DNA of 64,000 bases from Okamejei kenojei (taxonomy: Eukaryota), in the NCBI GenBank assembly GCA_035221665.1, contig CM069160.1, positions 30,628,001 to 30,692,000 of the forward strand. The letters run 5' to 3'. The translations under genes were made by a program, and so were the position numbers. The notes under the pieces were generated by a model, which was not told the DNA's origin, did not search any database, and worked only from the letters and a program-made list of their open reading frames with translations. Below are positions 22,562 through 33,420 of this stretch, one piece after another; the stretch's first letter is position 1, and every line of letters starts with the position of its first letter.

Positions 22562-22846
22562 GAATTGGGCGGCAGCCTTGGGTTGAGCTGGAAGGAGTCG
22601 GTCAGAAGGGCATTCGAGTCGGGTGCAGGTCTGATGGCTGGTACCCTGAGCCTCACGTTCTCTGGATGAATGGGGACAGAGCAAACTTAACAGGACAATC
22701 TGTGACAATGGAGAAAGATAAGACCACTGGCCTCTTTACTGTATTGAACCAAGTTGAAGTAACAAGTGATGCTGTGAACAGATTTTCTTGCCTAATGCAG
22801 AACAATGTATTGAAGAAAGAGGAGGAGGCTCACTTTGAAATATCAG
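22562..22846 (+). CDS. Butyrophilin-like gene, IgC exon (285 nt)
   Basis: AG/GT boundaries in phase 1-1; G.QP..GIRVGCRSDGWYPEPHVLW..GLFTV..FSCLMQN. Confidence 0.95.
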
Positions 22847-22879
22847 GTGCGTGCCCAACTTTGCAACCAATAGTTATTC

Positions 22880-23335
22880 CCAAACATCTACCAAAAATAC
22901 ATCTCTGATCTTCTGCTACATTATGAACCATCCAGACCTCTAAGGTCACCTGGGTCAGGTCTGCTTTCTGTCACCAGAGTCAGAACTAAACGTGGAGAAG
23001 CAGCGTTTATTTTTTATGTACCACATATATGGAACAAACCAGAAAAATGCAGGTCCGAGCCAACTCTCAGTTCTTTTAAATCGGGGCTGAAGACTTTTCT
23101 TTTTGATGCTGCTTTTCATTTTAATTAAATTAAATAATTATTCATTTCTAACACTGCAGTGTAACTTTTATTATTGTATTTTATACTTGTCTTAAACTAT
23201 TTTAGCTTGCTTTTATTTTCTATTCTTTTTAATAACCATTTTTAATTGCTTTTAATTGCTTTTTAATGCTTTGTGTGGAGAACTTTGAGTTGCCTTGTTC
23301 CTGAAATGTGCCATATAAACAAATGTGCATGCTTT
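22880..23335 (+). mobile_element. L2-clade LINE 3' end
   Basis: PKYISDLL..YEPSRPLRS.G.GLLSV.RVRTK.GEAAF..WN..FKS.LKT.LF; tail tgccttgttcctgaaatgtgccatataaacaaa; (ttgc)n tail resumes at ~23718. Confidence 0.75.
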
Positions 23336-23700
23336 TTTAACCCTTGCTGTCTCCTCCCCTTCCCACCTCTCCCTCAGCCCTCGGGCAATGGCATTCCCTC
23401 TATCTCTATCTCCCTCCCCCACCCCAGTCGCACCAGCTTCTCATTTTCACACCACAAACAGCTTACAATGGCTTGTTCCCTTTATCATCGATACTTTTTT
23501 GCATATCTTTCATTCATTGTTCCTTATCTCTCCACATCACCGTCTATATCTCTCGTTTCCCTGATCCCTGACCAGTCTGAAGAAGGGTCTTGACCCGAAA
23601 CGTCGCCTATCTCCTTCGCTCCTTAGATGCTGCTGCACCTGCTGAGTTTCTCCAGCTTTTTGTGTACCCTCGATTCTCCAGCATCTGCAGTTCCTTCTTT
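23335..23700 (+). mobile_element. Penelope pLTR solo fragment
   Basis: Matches the 3' end of the Penelope copies at 39120-39470 and 57578-57945; contains ctgaagaagggtcttgacccgaaacgtc. Confidence 0.85.
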
Positions 23701-24299
23701 AAAAAAAAAAAAAAATGTGCTTGCTTGCTTGCTCACGTTTGGCAGGTAACTGCTGTTTCGGGGATTATGGTTCCAAGTTGTCTTTCCTTCTGCAGATGGC
23801 TTTCACAACTTTACCCGATGATGATAGACAAGTTCGCAAGTTATAGGAGTTGAATCAGGCCATTCGGCCCATCGAGTCCACTCCACCATTCAATCATGGT
23901 CGATCTCTGCCTCCGAATCCCATTTTCCTGCCTTAGACAATAGGCGCAGGAGTAGGCCGTTAGGCCCTTCAAGCCAGCAGCGCCATTCAATGTGATCATG
24001 GCTGATCATCCCCAATCATCCCCAACCCGTTCCTGCCTCCTTCCCATTTCTCCTGACACCGCTATCTTTAAGAGCTCTATCTAACTCTCTTGAAAGCATC
24101 CAGAGAACTGGCCTTTGTCGCCTTCTGAGGCAGAGAATTTCACAGACTCACAACTCTCTGTGTCAAAAAGTTTTTCCTCGTCTCCGTTCTAAATGGCTTA
24201 CCCCTTATTCTTAAACTGTAGCCCCTGGTTCTGGACTCCCCCCAACATCGGGAACATGTTTCCTGCCTCTAGCATGTCCAAACCCATTAATAATTCTCC

Positions 24300-24870
24300 C
24301 CATGATCCCTTGACGGTTTGTCAAGGAGGACTCTCTCTAACTTCTGCAAGTACACAGTAGAGAGCTTGCTGACCGGTTGCATCGTGGCTTGGTTCGGCAA
24401 CTTGAGCGCGCTGGAGAGGAAAAGACTACAAAAAGTAGTAAGCACTGCCCAGTCCATCATCGGCTCTGACCTTCCTTCCATCGAGGGGATTTATCGCAGT
24501 CGCTGCCTCAAAAAGGCTGGCAGCATCAGCAAGGACCCACACCATCCTGGTCCACACACTCTACTCCTTCAGGTAGAAAGTACAGGAGCCTGAAGACTGC
24601 AATGACCAGGTTCAGGAATAGATACTTCCCCACAGACATCAGGCTATTAAACCTGGCTCGGACAAAACTCTGATCATTCATAACCCATTATCTGTTATTT
24701 GCACTTTATCAGTTTATTTATTCATGTGTGTATGTATTTATATAATGATATATGGACACACTGATCTGTTTTGTAGTAAATGCCTACTATGTTCTGTTGT
24801 GCTGATGCAAAGCAAGAATTTAATTGTCCTATCAGGGACACAGGACAATAAACTCACTTGAACTTGAAAC
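24300..24870 (+). mobile_element. Rex1/Babar-type LINE 3' fragment
   Basis: YTVESLLTGCIVAWFGNLS..RLQKVV..RCLKKA; (cttgaa)n tail. Confidence 0.85.
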
Positions 24871-24975
24871 CTGTTCTAATTAAGAATTTGTCTATCTCTG
24901 CCTTAAAAATATCCACTGTCTTGGCAATGAGTTCCACAGATTAACTACCCTCTGACAAAATAAGTCCCTCCTTGC

Positions 24976-25553
24976 TGTAGTGACATATTGTTATTTCCTT
25001 TCACTTTAAGTCACTTTAATTGAAGACATGGGATCAGAAGATAATCAATACACACTCCCGAGCTCTCCACGAGACATGCAATGTCGTAGAAAGATAAATC
25101 TTCCAAACACGGTCTTTTGATTGATAGTTCCTTTATTATAATAGTAAAAACAGTAAGATCCAAGCTTCTTTTTGTCTAAGTGCATTTTAATCTTTCTCGT
25201 GGTCATACTCGTGCATGGTTGAAAGCTATGACCTCTCCCCCATGCTTCTTCAAACTAAACTAACTTCTAGCGAGTCTGCGCGAGAATCCCAGCCGCAAAC
25301 ATGCCTCGGACCACGTATAAACCCCACCCACATCATTTCAGGCAGATAAAATTTAAAGGTAACTGGTTATAGTTCTAACATGTTTAAGAAGGAACTGCAG
25401 ATGCTGTAAAATCACAGGGAAACAAAAATGCTGGAGAAACTCAGCGGTGAGGCAGCATCTATCGAGCGAAGGAAATGGGCAACGTTTTGGACTGAAACCC
25501 TTCTTCGGAACTTATAGTTCTAACATACTGAGTTAAGCTAAATGGCTACTACA
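24976..25553 (-). mobile_element. Solo LTR (TGTAGT...ACTACA) with 5-bp TSD CTTGC, carrying a Penelope-derived insertion
   Basis: cttgc at 24971-24975 and 25554-25558; inverted termini; tttatt (minus-strand AATAAA) near 25133. Confidence 0.8.
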
Positions 25554-26324
25554 CTTGCATCCAGGGTTGCCTTAACAAAGTAGTGCGCTGGGGCCCCCAC
25601 ACTTCCAGTTTCTTCATGCCTTCAAATACTGCATCATGCACTTGCGATGTTCTTCTCCGGTTTCTTGGTCTACAATAACATTCTACAATACATAGATTAG
25701 CGTGCGGCCCCTATATTCGTGGGGCCCGGGGCAACTGCCCAGCGTGCCAATGCTTTAAGACGGCCCTGCTCGCATCCTTTCTAAAGGAGTGCCCTTTAAA
25801 TCAGAGGCTATGGTCTCTGGTCCAAGACTCTCCCACCAGTGGAAACATCCTTTCCACATCCACTTAATCTTTGCCTTTCATAGATAGACACCAAGTGCCA
25901 GGCATCATGTGCTGGGATATCTCAGTCTGTCAGGCAGCATCTCTGGACAATAGACAATAGGTGCAGGAGTAGGACATTCGGCCCTTCAAGCCAGCACCGC
26001 CATTCAATGTGATAATGGCTGGTCATCCCCAATCAGTACCCCGTTCCTGCCTTCTCCTCATATCCCCTGACTCTGCTATCTTTAAGAGCCCTATCCAGCT
26101 CTCTCTTGAAAGCATCCAGAGAACCTGCCTCCACCGCCCTCTGAGGCAGAGAGTTCCACAGATGGCAGAGAATTCCACAGACTTGGAGAAAAGGAATAGC
26201 TGACGTTTCGGGTCCGAACCTTTCTTCACACTGGGGAAAAAAGGTTGCAGTGTGAGGAAGGGTTCCGACCTGAAACCTCACCGATTCCTTTTCTCCAGAG
26301 ATGCTGCCTGACCCGCTGAGTAAC
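25379..26324 (+). repeat. Inverted segmental duplication, copy 2 (longer, ancestral-like)
   Basis: Reverse complement of 12680-13544, plus ~62-bp and ~12-bp segments missing from copy 1. Confidence 0.95.
25562..25768. mobile_element. hAT-type MITE
   Basis: TIRs cagggttgccttaa / ttaagacggccctg; 8-bp TSD cttgcatc (25554-25561) / ctcgcatc (25769-25776). Confidence 0.8.
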
Positions 26325-26722
26325 TCTAGCATTTTATGTCTATCTTCAGTAGAAGCCAGCATCTGTTCAAGGTCAAGAGTTCAAGAGAGTTTTAATGTCA
26401 TGTGTCCCTGATAGGACAATGATTCTTGCTTTGCTTTGCACACCAGAACATAGTAGGCATGAATACAGAACAGATCAGTGTGTCCATATACCATTGTATA
26501 AATATATACACACATGAATAAATAAACTGATAAAGTGCAAATAAACAGGTAATGGGCTATTAATGTTCAGAGTTTGTCCGAGCCAAGTGGGCATTTCATT
26601 CCTACATATTCTCTATACTCAGTACTCTGACTGATGACCAAAGCCGTTTTGACAACCTTATCTACCTGTGAAGCCACTTTCAGGGAACAATGTGCTTGAT
26701 TCTTTTTAATTGTATTTTGCAG

Positions 26723-26842
26723 GTGTTTTTTTCCCCGAGACCAACATATGGATGGTCCTTTTCTCGTTAGTTTTTATTCTCGTCATCACTGTGATCATTT
26801 GTGAAATATTTCACCACAGGAAAAAACATCAAAAGGTTAAAG
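26723..26842 (+). CDS. Butyrophilin-like gene, transmembrane exon (120 nt)
   Basis: AG/GT boundaries in phase 1-1; GVFFPETNIWMVLFSLVFILVITVIICEIFHHRKKHQKVK, with the BTN-type FFP..W motif, a hydrophobic helix and a basic stop-transfer stretch. Confidence 0.9.
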
Positions 26843-27339
26843 GTAGGTTAAAAAAAAAGTAACAGTTGAGCGAAATTTCACGAAAGAACTGAAAAATCCT
26901 GTGAGCAAAATAATCTATTGGTTGAAGATAGACATAAAGTGCTGGAGTAACTCAGCGGGACAGGCAGCATCTCAGGGGCCACAGTCTTAGAATAAAGGGG
27001 AGGCCATTTAGGACTGAGGTGAGAAAAAACCTTTTCACCCAGAGAGTTGTGAATTTGTGGAATTCCCTGCCACAGAGGGCAGTGGAGGCTAAATCACTGG
27101 ATGGATTTAAGAGAGAGTTAGATAGAGCTCTAGGGGCTAGTGGAATCAAGGGATATGGGGAGAAGGCAGGCACGAGTTATTGATTGGGGACGATCAGCCA
27201 TGATCACAATGAATGGTGATGCTGGCGCAAAGGGCCGAATGGCCTCCTCCTGCACCAATTTTATATGTTTCTATGCTTCTGTGAGAATGGTGATGTTTTG
27301 GTTCGAGACCCTTCTTCGGACTTCAGTTTCAAAACTGGG

Positions 27340-28282
27340 TGTGATAAGGCTGAGCTTATATTTAGTCTCAAATCAGGCTTTTCTCCAGTAAATTAATACA
27401 GAAAGGCTTGCCTCAGGTTACTGTTTAGTGCGATAATGAATGACTTAAAATGCGTTTAGCATTTGGCGAGAAAGGAAGCCCAGATTAATCCCAGTAAGAG
27501 GTCTTGGGACAAATGTCCGATGTTTAGGAGGGAGGAGGTGACGAGAGAGGAAGTTAGGTTGATTCCAGTAAGGGGTTGAAGCCAGTAAGGGGTTGAAGCC
27601 TTTGATGTAAGGAGATCATGCAGGCGCATCCCGTAGTGATCTTTATTCTCTGTACCTCTGACCATAGCTAATGTCTGTGGAATGTGCTAAGGTGACAAAA
27701 AAAAACACTATAAAATACGATGTAATTCTGTTGTTCGGAGAAGTGGACTGAGGACAGTGGAGTGTCTGTATTGCTCACTTGACTAGAGTTCTCCCTCCCT
27801 TCCATCGGCCGATAATAAGTAAAGTTTTGAACTGGTCTACCAAACAGTTTGTGTGTTGTCTGTTTATTTATCGGGGCTACAGATGGCGCAATGGACTAAG
27901 AGTTTGGCTGGCGACCGGAAGGTAGCTGGTTTGAATCCCGCTTGGAGTGCATACTGTCGTTGTGTCCTTGGGAAAGACATTTCACCCACCCTTGTCTGTA
28001 TGTGAATGTGTGTGAGCGATTGGTGGTGGTCGGAGGGGCCGTAGGCGCTGACTAGCTGCTTAGCTACCGCTGATTAACTGATTAGCAACCATGCTTCCGT
28101 CAGTCTGCCTCAGGGCAGCTGTGGCTACAAAAAGTAGCTCACCACCACCGAGTGTGACTGAGGAGTGAATGAATAATGCGATGTAAAGTGCTTTGAGTAT
28201 CAGAAAAAGTGCTATATAAATCCAATCCATGATTATTATTATTATTAAGAAGCGAACCTGTTTAGTTGTTATTTAAGTAACA
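27340..28282 (+). mobile_element. Possible solo LTR (TG...CA) interrupted by a SINE
   Basis: TATA-like ctataaaa at ~27708, aataagtaaa at ~27813, terminal gtaaca at 28277-28282; no TSD found. Confidence 0.35.
27873..28247 (+). mobile_element. tRNA-derived SINE with CORE-like block and L2-type tail
   Basis: tggcgcaatgg (A box), ggtttgaatccc (B box), gtgtccttgggaaagacatttcacc, tail gtaaagtgctttgag..gctatataaatcc(att)n. Confidence 0.75.
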
Positions 28283-28524
28283 TTTTTTCATGTGTTATTG
28301 GGAATGTTCTACACATTAGAATTTGTGCCTGATCAACATTTCTATTAGGAGTAGGAAGGAAAAAGGGTCTCGACCCGAGACATCACCTATTCGTTTTCTC
28401 CAGAGATGCTGCCTGACCCACTGAGTTACTCTAGCTTTTTGTGTCTAACATTTCTATTGACCTCCATATAAATTGAGATTCGGCACACCAAAAATTAGTT
28501 GATAAATGGGATGCACCGACACCA

Positions 28525-30160
28525 TGTATAAAATCATGAGAGGAATAGATCGGGTAGATGCACAGAATCTCTTGCCCAGAGTAGGGGAATGATGGAACGG
28601 GGTACTGATTGGGTATGATCAGCCATGATCACATTGAATGGTGGTGCTGGCTTGAAGGGCCGAATGGCCTACTCCTGCACCTATTGTCTATTGACCAGCG
28701 GACGTAGGTTTAAGGTGAAGGGGAAAAGATTTAATAGGAATCTGAGGGGTAATATTTTCACACAAAGGGTTTAAGAAGGAACTGCAGATGCTGGAAAATC
28801 GAAGGTAGACAAAAATGCTGGAGAAACTCAGTGGGTGCAGCAGCATCTAAGAAGGAAATAGGCAACATTTCAGGCCGAAACCCTTCTTCAGACTTTTGTC
28901 TACCTTCACACAAAGGGTGGTGGGTGTATGGAACAAGCTACCAGAGGAGGTAGTTGAGGCTGGGACTATCCCAACGATAAATAAACAGTTAGACAGGTAC
29001 ATGGATAGGACAGGTTTGGAAGGACATTCTTGCTATTGAGGGAGTGCAGCATAGATTTACTGTCATATGTTGATAGAATGGAGAGGCTGGGCTTGTATAC
29101 ACTGGAATTTAGAAGGATGAGAGGGATTCTTATTGAAACAAATAAGATTATCAAGAGATTAGACACGCTGGAGGCAGGAAACATGTTGGGGGAGTCCAGA
29201 ACCAGGGTCCACAGTTTAAGAATAAGGCGTACGTCATTTAGAATGGAGAACGGGAACAACCTTTTCACCCAGAGATTTGTGAATCGGTGGAATTCTCTGC
29301 CTCAGAAGGCAGTGGAGGCTCTCGCTTTCAAGAAAGAGTTAGATCTCTTAAAGATAACGGAGTCAAGGGATATGGGGAGAAGGCAGAAACGGGGTACTGA
29401 TTGTGCCATGATCTGTATTGCATACAGTTTTGGTCCCCAAATCTGAGAAAATATATTCTTGCCATAGAGGTGGTACAGAGAAGGTTCACCAGACTGATTC
29501 CTAGGATGTCAGGACTTTCATATGAGGAAAGACTGGATGACTTGGTTTGTACTCACTAGAATTTAGAAGACCGAGGGGGGATCTTATAGAAACTTACAAA
29601 ATTCTTAAGGGGTTGGACAGGCTAGATGCAGGAAGATTGTTCCCAATGTTGGGGAGGTCCAGAACAAGGGGTCACAGTCTAAGGATAAGGGGGAATTCCT
29701 TTAGGACCGAGATGAGGAAAACATTTTTCACACAGAGAGTGGTGAGTCTCTGGAATTCTCTGCCACAGAAGGTAGTTGAGGCCAGTTAATTGGCTATATC
29801 TAAGAGGGAGTTAGATGTGGCCCTTGTGGCTAAAGGGATCAGGGGGTATGGAGAGAAGGCAGGAACAGGATACTGAGTTGGATGATCAGCCATGATCATA
29901 TTGAATGGCGGTGCAGGCTCGAAGGGCCGAATGGCCTACTCCTGCACCTTTATTCTATTGTCTGTTTCTATGTTTCTATGTAAATGGCGGTGCAGGCTCG
30001 AAGGGCCGAATGGCCTACTCCTGCACCTTTATTCTATTGTCTGTTATTATGGGGAGAAGGCAGGAGAATGAGGATGGGAGGGTAAAATAGGCCAGCCATG
30101 ACTGAATGGCAGAGTAGACGAATGGCCTAATTGTGCTCCTATAACATATGATTAGTAATT
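28525..30160 (+). mobile_element. Stack of CR1 3' fragments with a Penelope-derived insertion (duplicated ttcacacaaagggt flanks)
   Basis: Multiple CR1 RT/3' ends; ttcacacaaagggt at ~28757 and ~28905. Confidence 0.85.
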
Positions 30161-30290
30161 TATGAACACCATCACCCCCCCCCCCCCCCACCCCCTTCCC
30201 ATGGTCAGTTATAATTAGTGTTTACAGTATGTGGCATTAGCTGTAGAATCTCCCTCACTAATATAACTAATATAATGTTCTTGATTTCAG

Positions 30291-30317
30291 GACTGAAGTT
30301 GTTTTGCACTTTGGAAG
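30291..30317 (+). CDS. Butyrophilin-like gene, 27-nt juxtamembrane mini-exon 1
   Basis: ttgatttcag|...|gtgagt, phase 1-1, GLKLFCTLE; located in a short non-repeat island. Confidence 0.75.
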
Positions 30318-31032
30318 GTGAGTAGCTTCGGAACTGAGTCCATTTTGTACAATCAGTGACATACAATTTTTAAATGCATAGACGGACTTCAGTTTTTGCA
30401 CAGATATGTTTGCCTAATATTTGTTATTTATTTAGTGTATTAAGAATAAGGGGTAAGGCATTTAGAATGAAGATGAGGAAACACTTTTTCACCCGGAGAG
30501 TTGTGAGTCTGTGGAATTCTCTGCCTCCGCGGGTAGTGAAGGCCGGTTCTCTGGATATTTTCAAGAGAGCTACATAGGGCTCTTAAAGATAGCAGTCGGG
30601 GGATATGGGGAGAAGGCAAGAACGGGGTACTGATTGTGGATGATCAGCCATGATCACATCGAATGGCAGTGCTGGCTCGAAGGGCAGAATCTAGCTCTCT
30701 ATCTAGCTCTCTCTTGAAAGTATCCAGAGAACCAATCTCCACCGCCCTCTGAGGCAGAGAATTCCACAGACTCACAACTCTCCGAGTGAAAAAGTGTTTC
30801 CTCGTCTCAATTCTAAATGGCTTACCCCTTATTCTTAAACTGCGGACCCTGGTTCTGGACTCCCCCAACATCGGGAACATGTTTCCTGCCGCTAGCGTTC
30901 CCAAACCCTTAATAATCTTATATGTTTCAATAAGATTCCCTCTCATCCTTCAAAATTCCAGAGTCTACAAGCACATGACAATAAAACACTCTTGACTGTT
31001 GACTAATTTTAAACTTTTATTTTTCTTTACAG

Positions 31033-31059
31033 GTTATCAAGATCATAAAATAAACGAAG
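31033..31059 (+). CDS. Butyrophilin-like gene, 27-nt mini-exon 2
   Basis: ttttctttacag|...|gtaaat, phase 1-1, GYQDHKINE; a 27-nt pre-B30.2 exon is typical of BTN genes. Confidence 0.75.
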
Positions 31060-31557
31060 GTAAATTGAGAACTCAAATGCAAACCAACTGACAACACCGT
31101 TATTTATCTAAAGGTTTTTATAGTCATATAGACTCACACCGTGTGGAAACAGTCCCTTTGGCCCAACCTGCCCACACCGACCAACGTGTCCCATCTACAC
31201 TAGTCCCACTTGCCTGCATTTGCCCCATTTCCCTCTGAACCTGTCCTATCCATGTACCTGTCTAATTTCTTCTTAAAATGTTGCAATAGTTGCAGCCTCA
31301 GCACTACCTCCTCCGACACCTCATTCCATACACCCACCACCCTTTGTGTGAAAATGTTACCCTTCAGATTTAAATAAAATCTTTCCCCTTACACGTTAAA
31401 CCTATGCCCTCTAGATCTTTATTCCCCTACTCTAGCCAAGAGACTCTGTGCGTCTGTCTACCTGAATAATTGAAATGAGAGTGTGGCCAGTGTTGTGTAG
31501 GTCTCTGATGATGCCAGCCGCCTTTTTGAGGCAGCGACTCCTTTTACTTCAGTTTAG

Positions 31558-31589
<32 letters not shown>

Positions 31590-31682
31590 CCTCCCCACCC
31601 AAGTCGCACCAGCTTCTTGTTTTCACCCTACGAACAGCTTACAATGGCCTGTTTCCTTTATCATCATTACTTTTTTGCATAT

Positions 31683-32256
31683 AGACAATAGGTGCAGGAG
31701 TAGGCCATTTGGCCCTGCGAGCCAGCACCGCCATTCAATGTGAACATGGCTGATCATCCCCAATCAGTAACCCGTTCCTGCCTTCTCCCCATATCCCCTG
31801 ACTCCGCTATCTTTAAGAGCCCTATCTAGCTCTCTCTTGAAATTATCCAGAGAACCGCCTCCACCGGCCTCTGATGCAGAGAATTCCACAGACTCGAAAC
31901 TCTCTGTGTGAAAAAGTGTTTCCTCATCTCCGTTCTAAATGGCTTACCCCTTATTCTTAAACTTAAAGGATCCCCTCTCATCCTTCTAAACTCCAAAGTA
32001 TACAAGCCCAGCTGCTCCATTCTCTCGGCATATGACAGTCCCGCCATCCTGGGAATTAACTTTGTGAACCTACGCTCAATAGCAAGAATGTCCTTCCTCA
32101 AATTATGGGACCAAAACTGCACACAATACTCCAGGTGTAGTCTCACTAGGGCCCTGTACAACTGCAGAAGGACCTCTGTGCTCCTATACTCAGCCCCTCT
32201 TGTTATGAAGGCCAACATGCCATTCGCTTTCCTCACTGCCTGCTGTACCTGCATGC
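31683..32256 (-). mobile_element. CR1 LINE 3' fragment
   Basis: QVQQAVRKANGMLAFI..HLEYCVQFWS..WNSL. Confidence 0.9.
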
Positions 32257-32741
32257 TTAAGGGTATATTACAGTAAATTTTGGAAATATCCTACTACTTA
32301 GTTAGTTAGATAGAGCTCTAGGGGCTAGTGGAGTCAAGGGATATGGGAGAAGGCAGGCACGGGTTATTGATAGGGGACAATCAGCCATGATCACAATGAA
32401 TGGCGGTGCTGGGTCGAATGGCCTCCTCCTGCACCTATTTTCTCTGTTTCTATGTTACTTTGAAATTAGAAAACCATAGGTAGAGAGACAAAAACGTATT
32501 ACATTTCCAGCTCCACTGCCATTAAAACCAATAAGTGCTTACTAACCACTTTTTTTGACAATGCTTTTTTTAAGTATAGAAAAAAAAAAATATCTGAATA
32601 AATTAAGTACCCTTAATAGATTATTCACTCTTCATTCACCCCTCGTGTTTCATTCACCAGAAAATAATTTCATTCGCCCTTGGGTGAACCATTCACCAGT
32701 TTAAGAAGCACTGCTCTAACCTACTGCCTTCTTCACCCTAG

Positions 32742-33340
32742 TTTCCGTGACCCTGGACGAGAAAACTGCGCATCCAAAGCTGGAGTTGAAAAATCTTAAT
32801 CGTATGCGGCTGACTGAGTGCGAAAAGACCCGACAGGAGAGCGGGGACTGCTTTACAGATCTGGAATCGGTGCTGGGGTCGAACGCATTCAGTGCGGGGC
32901 GACATTACTGGGTGGTGGAGGTGGCCATGAATCAGGACTGGAGCCTGGGAGTGGTCTCCGAGTCGGCCGAGAGGAGAGAGAAGGTGGAGTTGCTGCCGGA
33001 GAATAAATTCTGGACCATCCAACGTGTTGGGGCTGACTGCTACACCAACGACGCCACTCGCTCTGTCCTTGATGCCAAACCTAGCCCCGAGAAGGTGGGG
33101 GTTTACCTCAGTTACGAGTCCGGGACGGTCTCGTTCTACAACGTGGCCACCAAGTCCCATCTCCACTCCTTCACCGGGAATAAATTCGAGGAGAAACTTT
33201 ATCCTTTCCTCCAGAGCCGAGACGTCGACAAGTGGGTGAAGGTTTCCGCTTGTTCCGTTCTGGAGCTGCACAAAGAGCCTCGATCCCGGGCGTCGGGCAA
33301 GCGGAGGTTTCGGAAGCTGTGTGTTGGAGCACCCTACTGA
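32742..33340 (+). CDS. Butyrophilin-like gene, B30.2 (PRY-SPRY) terminal exon
   Basis: AG at 32740-32741, phase 1; VSVTLDEKTAHPKL..VLG..F.AGRHYWVVEV..WSLGV..FW..KVGVYLSYESGTVSFYN..HLHSF..F.EKLYPF; TGA ends at 33340. Spliced CDS is 1464 nt, i.e. 487 aa plus stop. Confidence 0.95.
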
Positions 33341-33420
33341 CAGCCGGTGAACGGCTCGCATTTCATCCCAAATATCGGCCTGAAAAATACGAGAAACCTC
33401 TTTGACTCTTTTGAGTGTTA

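Noticed and set aside
27873-27950. tRNA gene
   Set aside because: A/B boxes are present, but they are the head of a SINE with CORE-like body and L2 tail; no convincing cloverleaf or terminator. The same applies to 2553 and 8752.
30291-30317. BTN mini-exon LKLFC identical to the TRIM B-box LKLFC, suggesting exon capture
   Set aside because: Only 5 residues match and the similarity does not extend; treated as chance.
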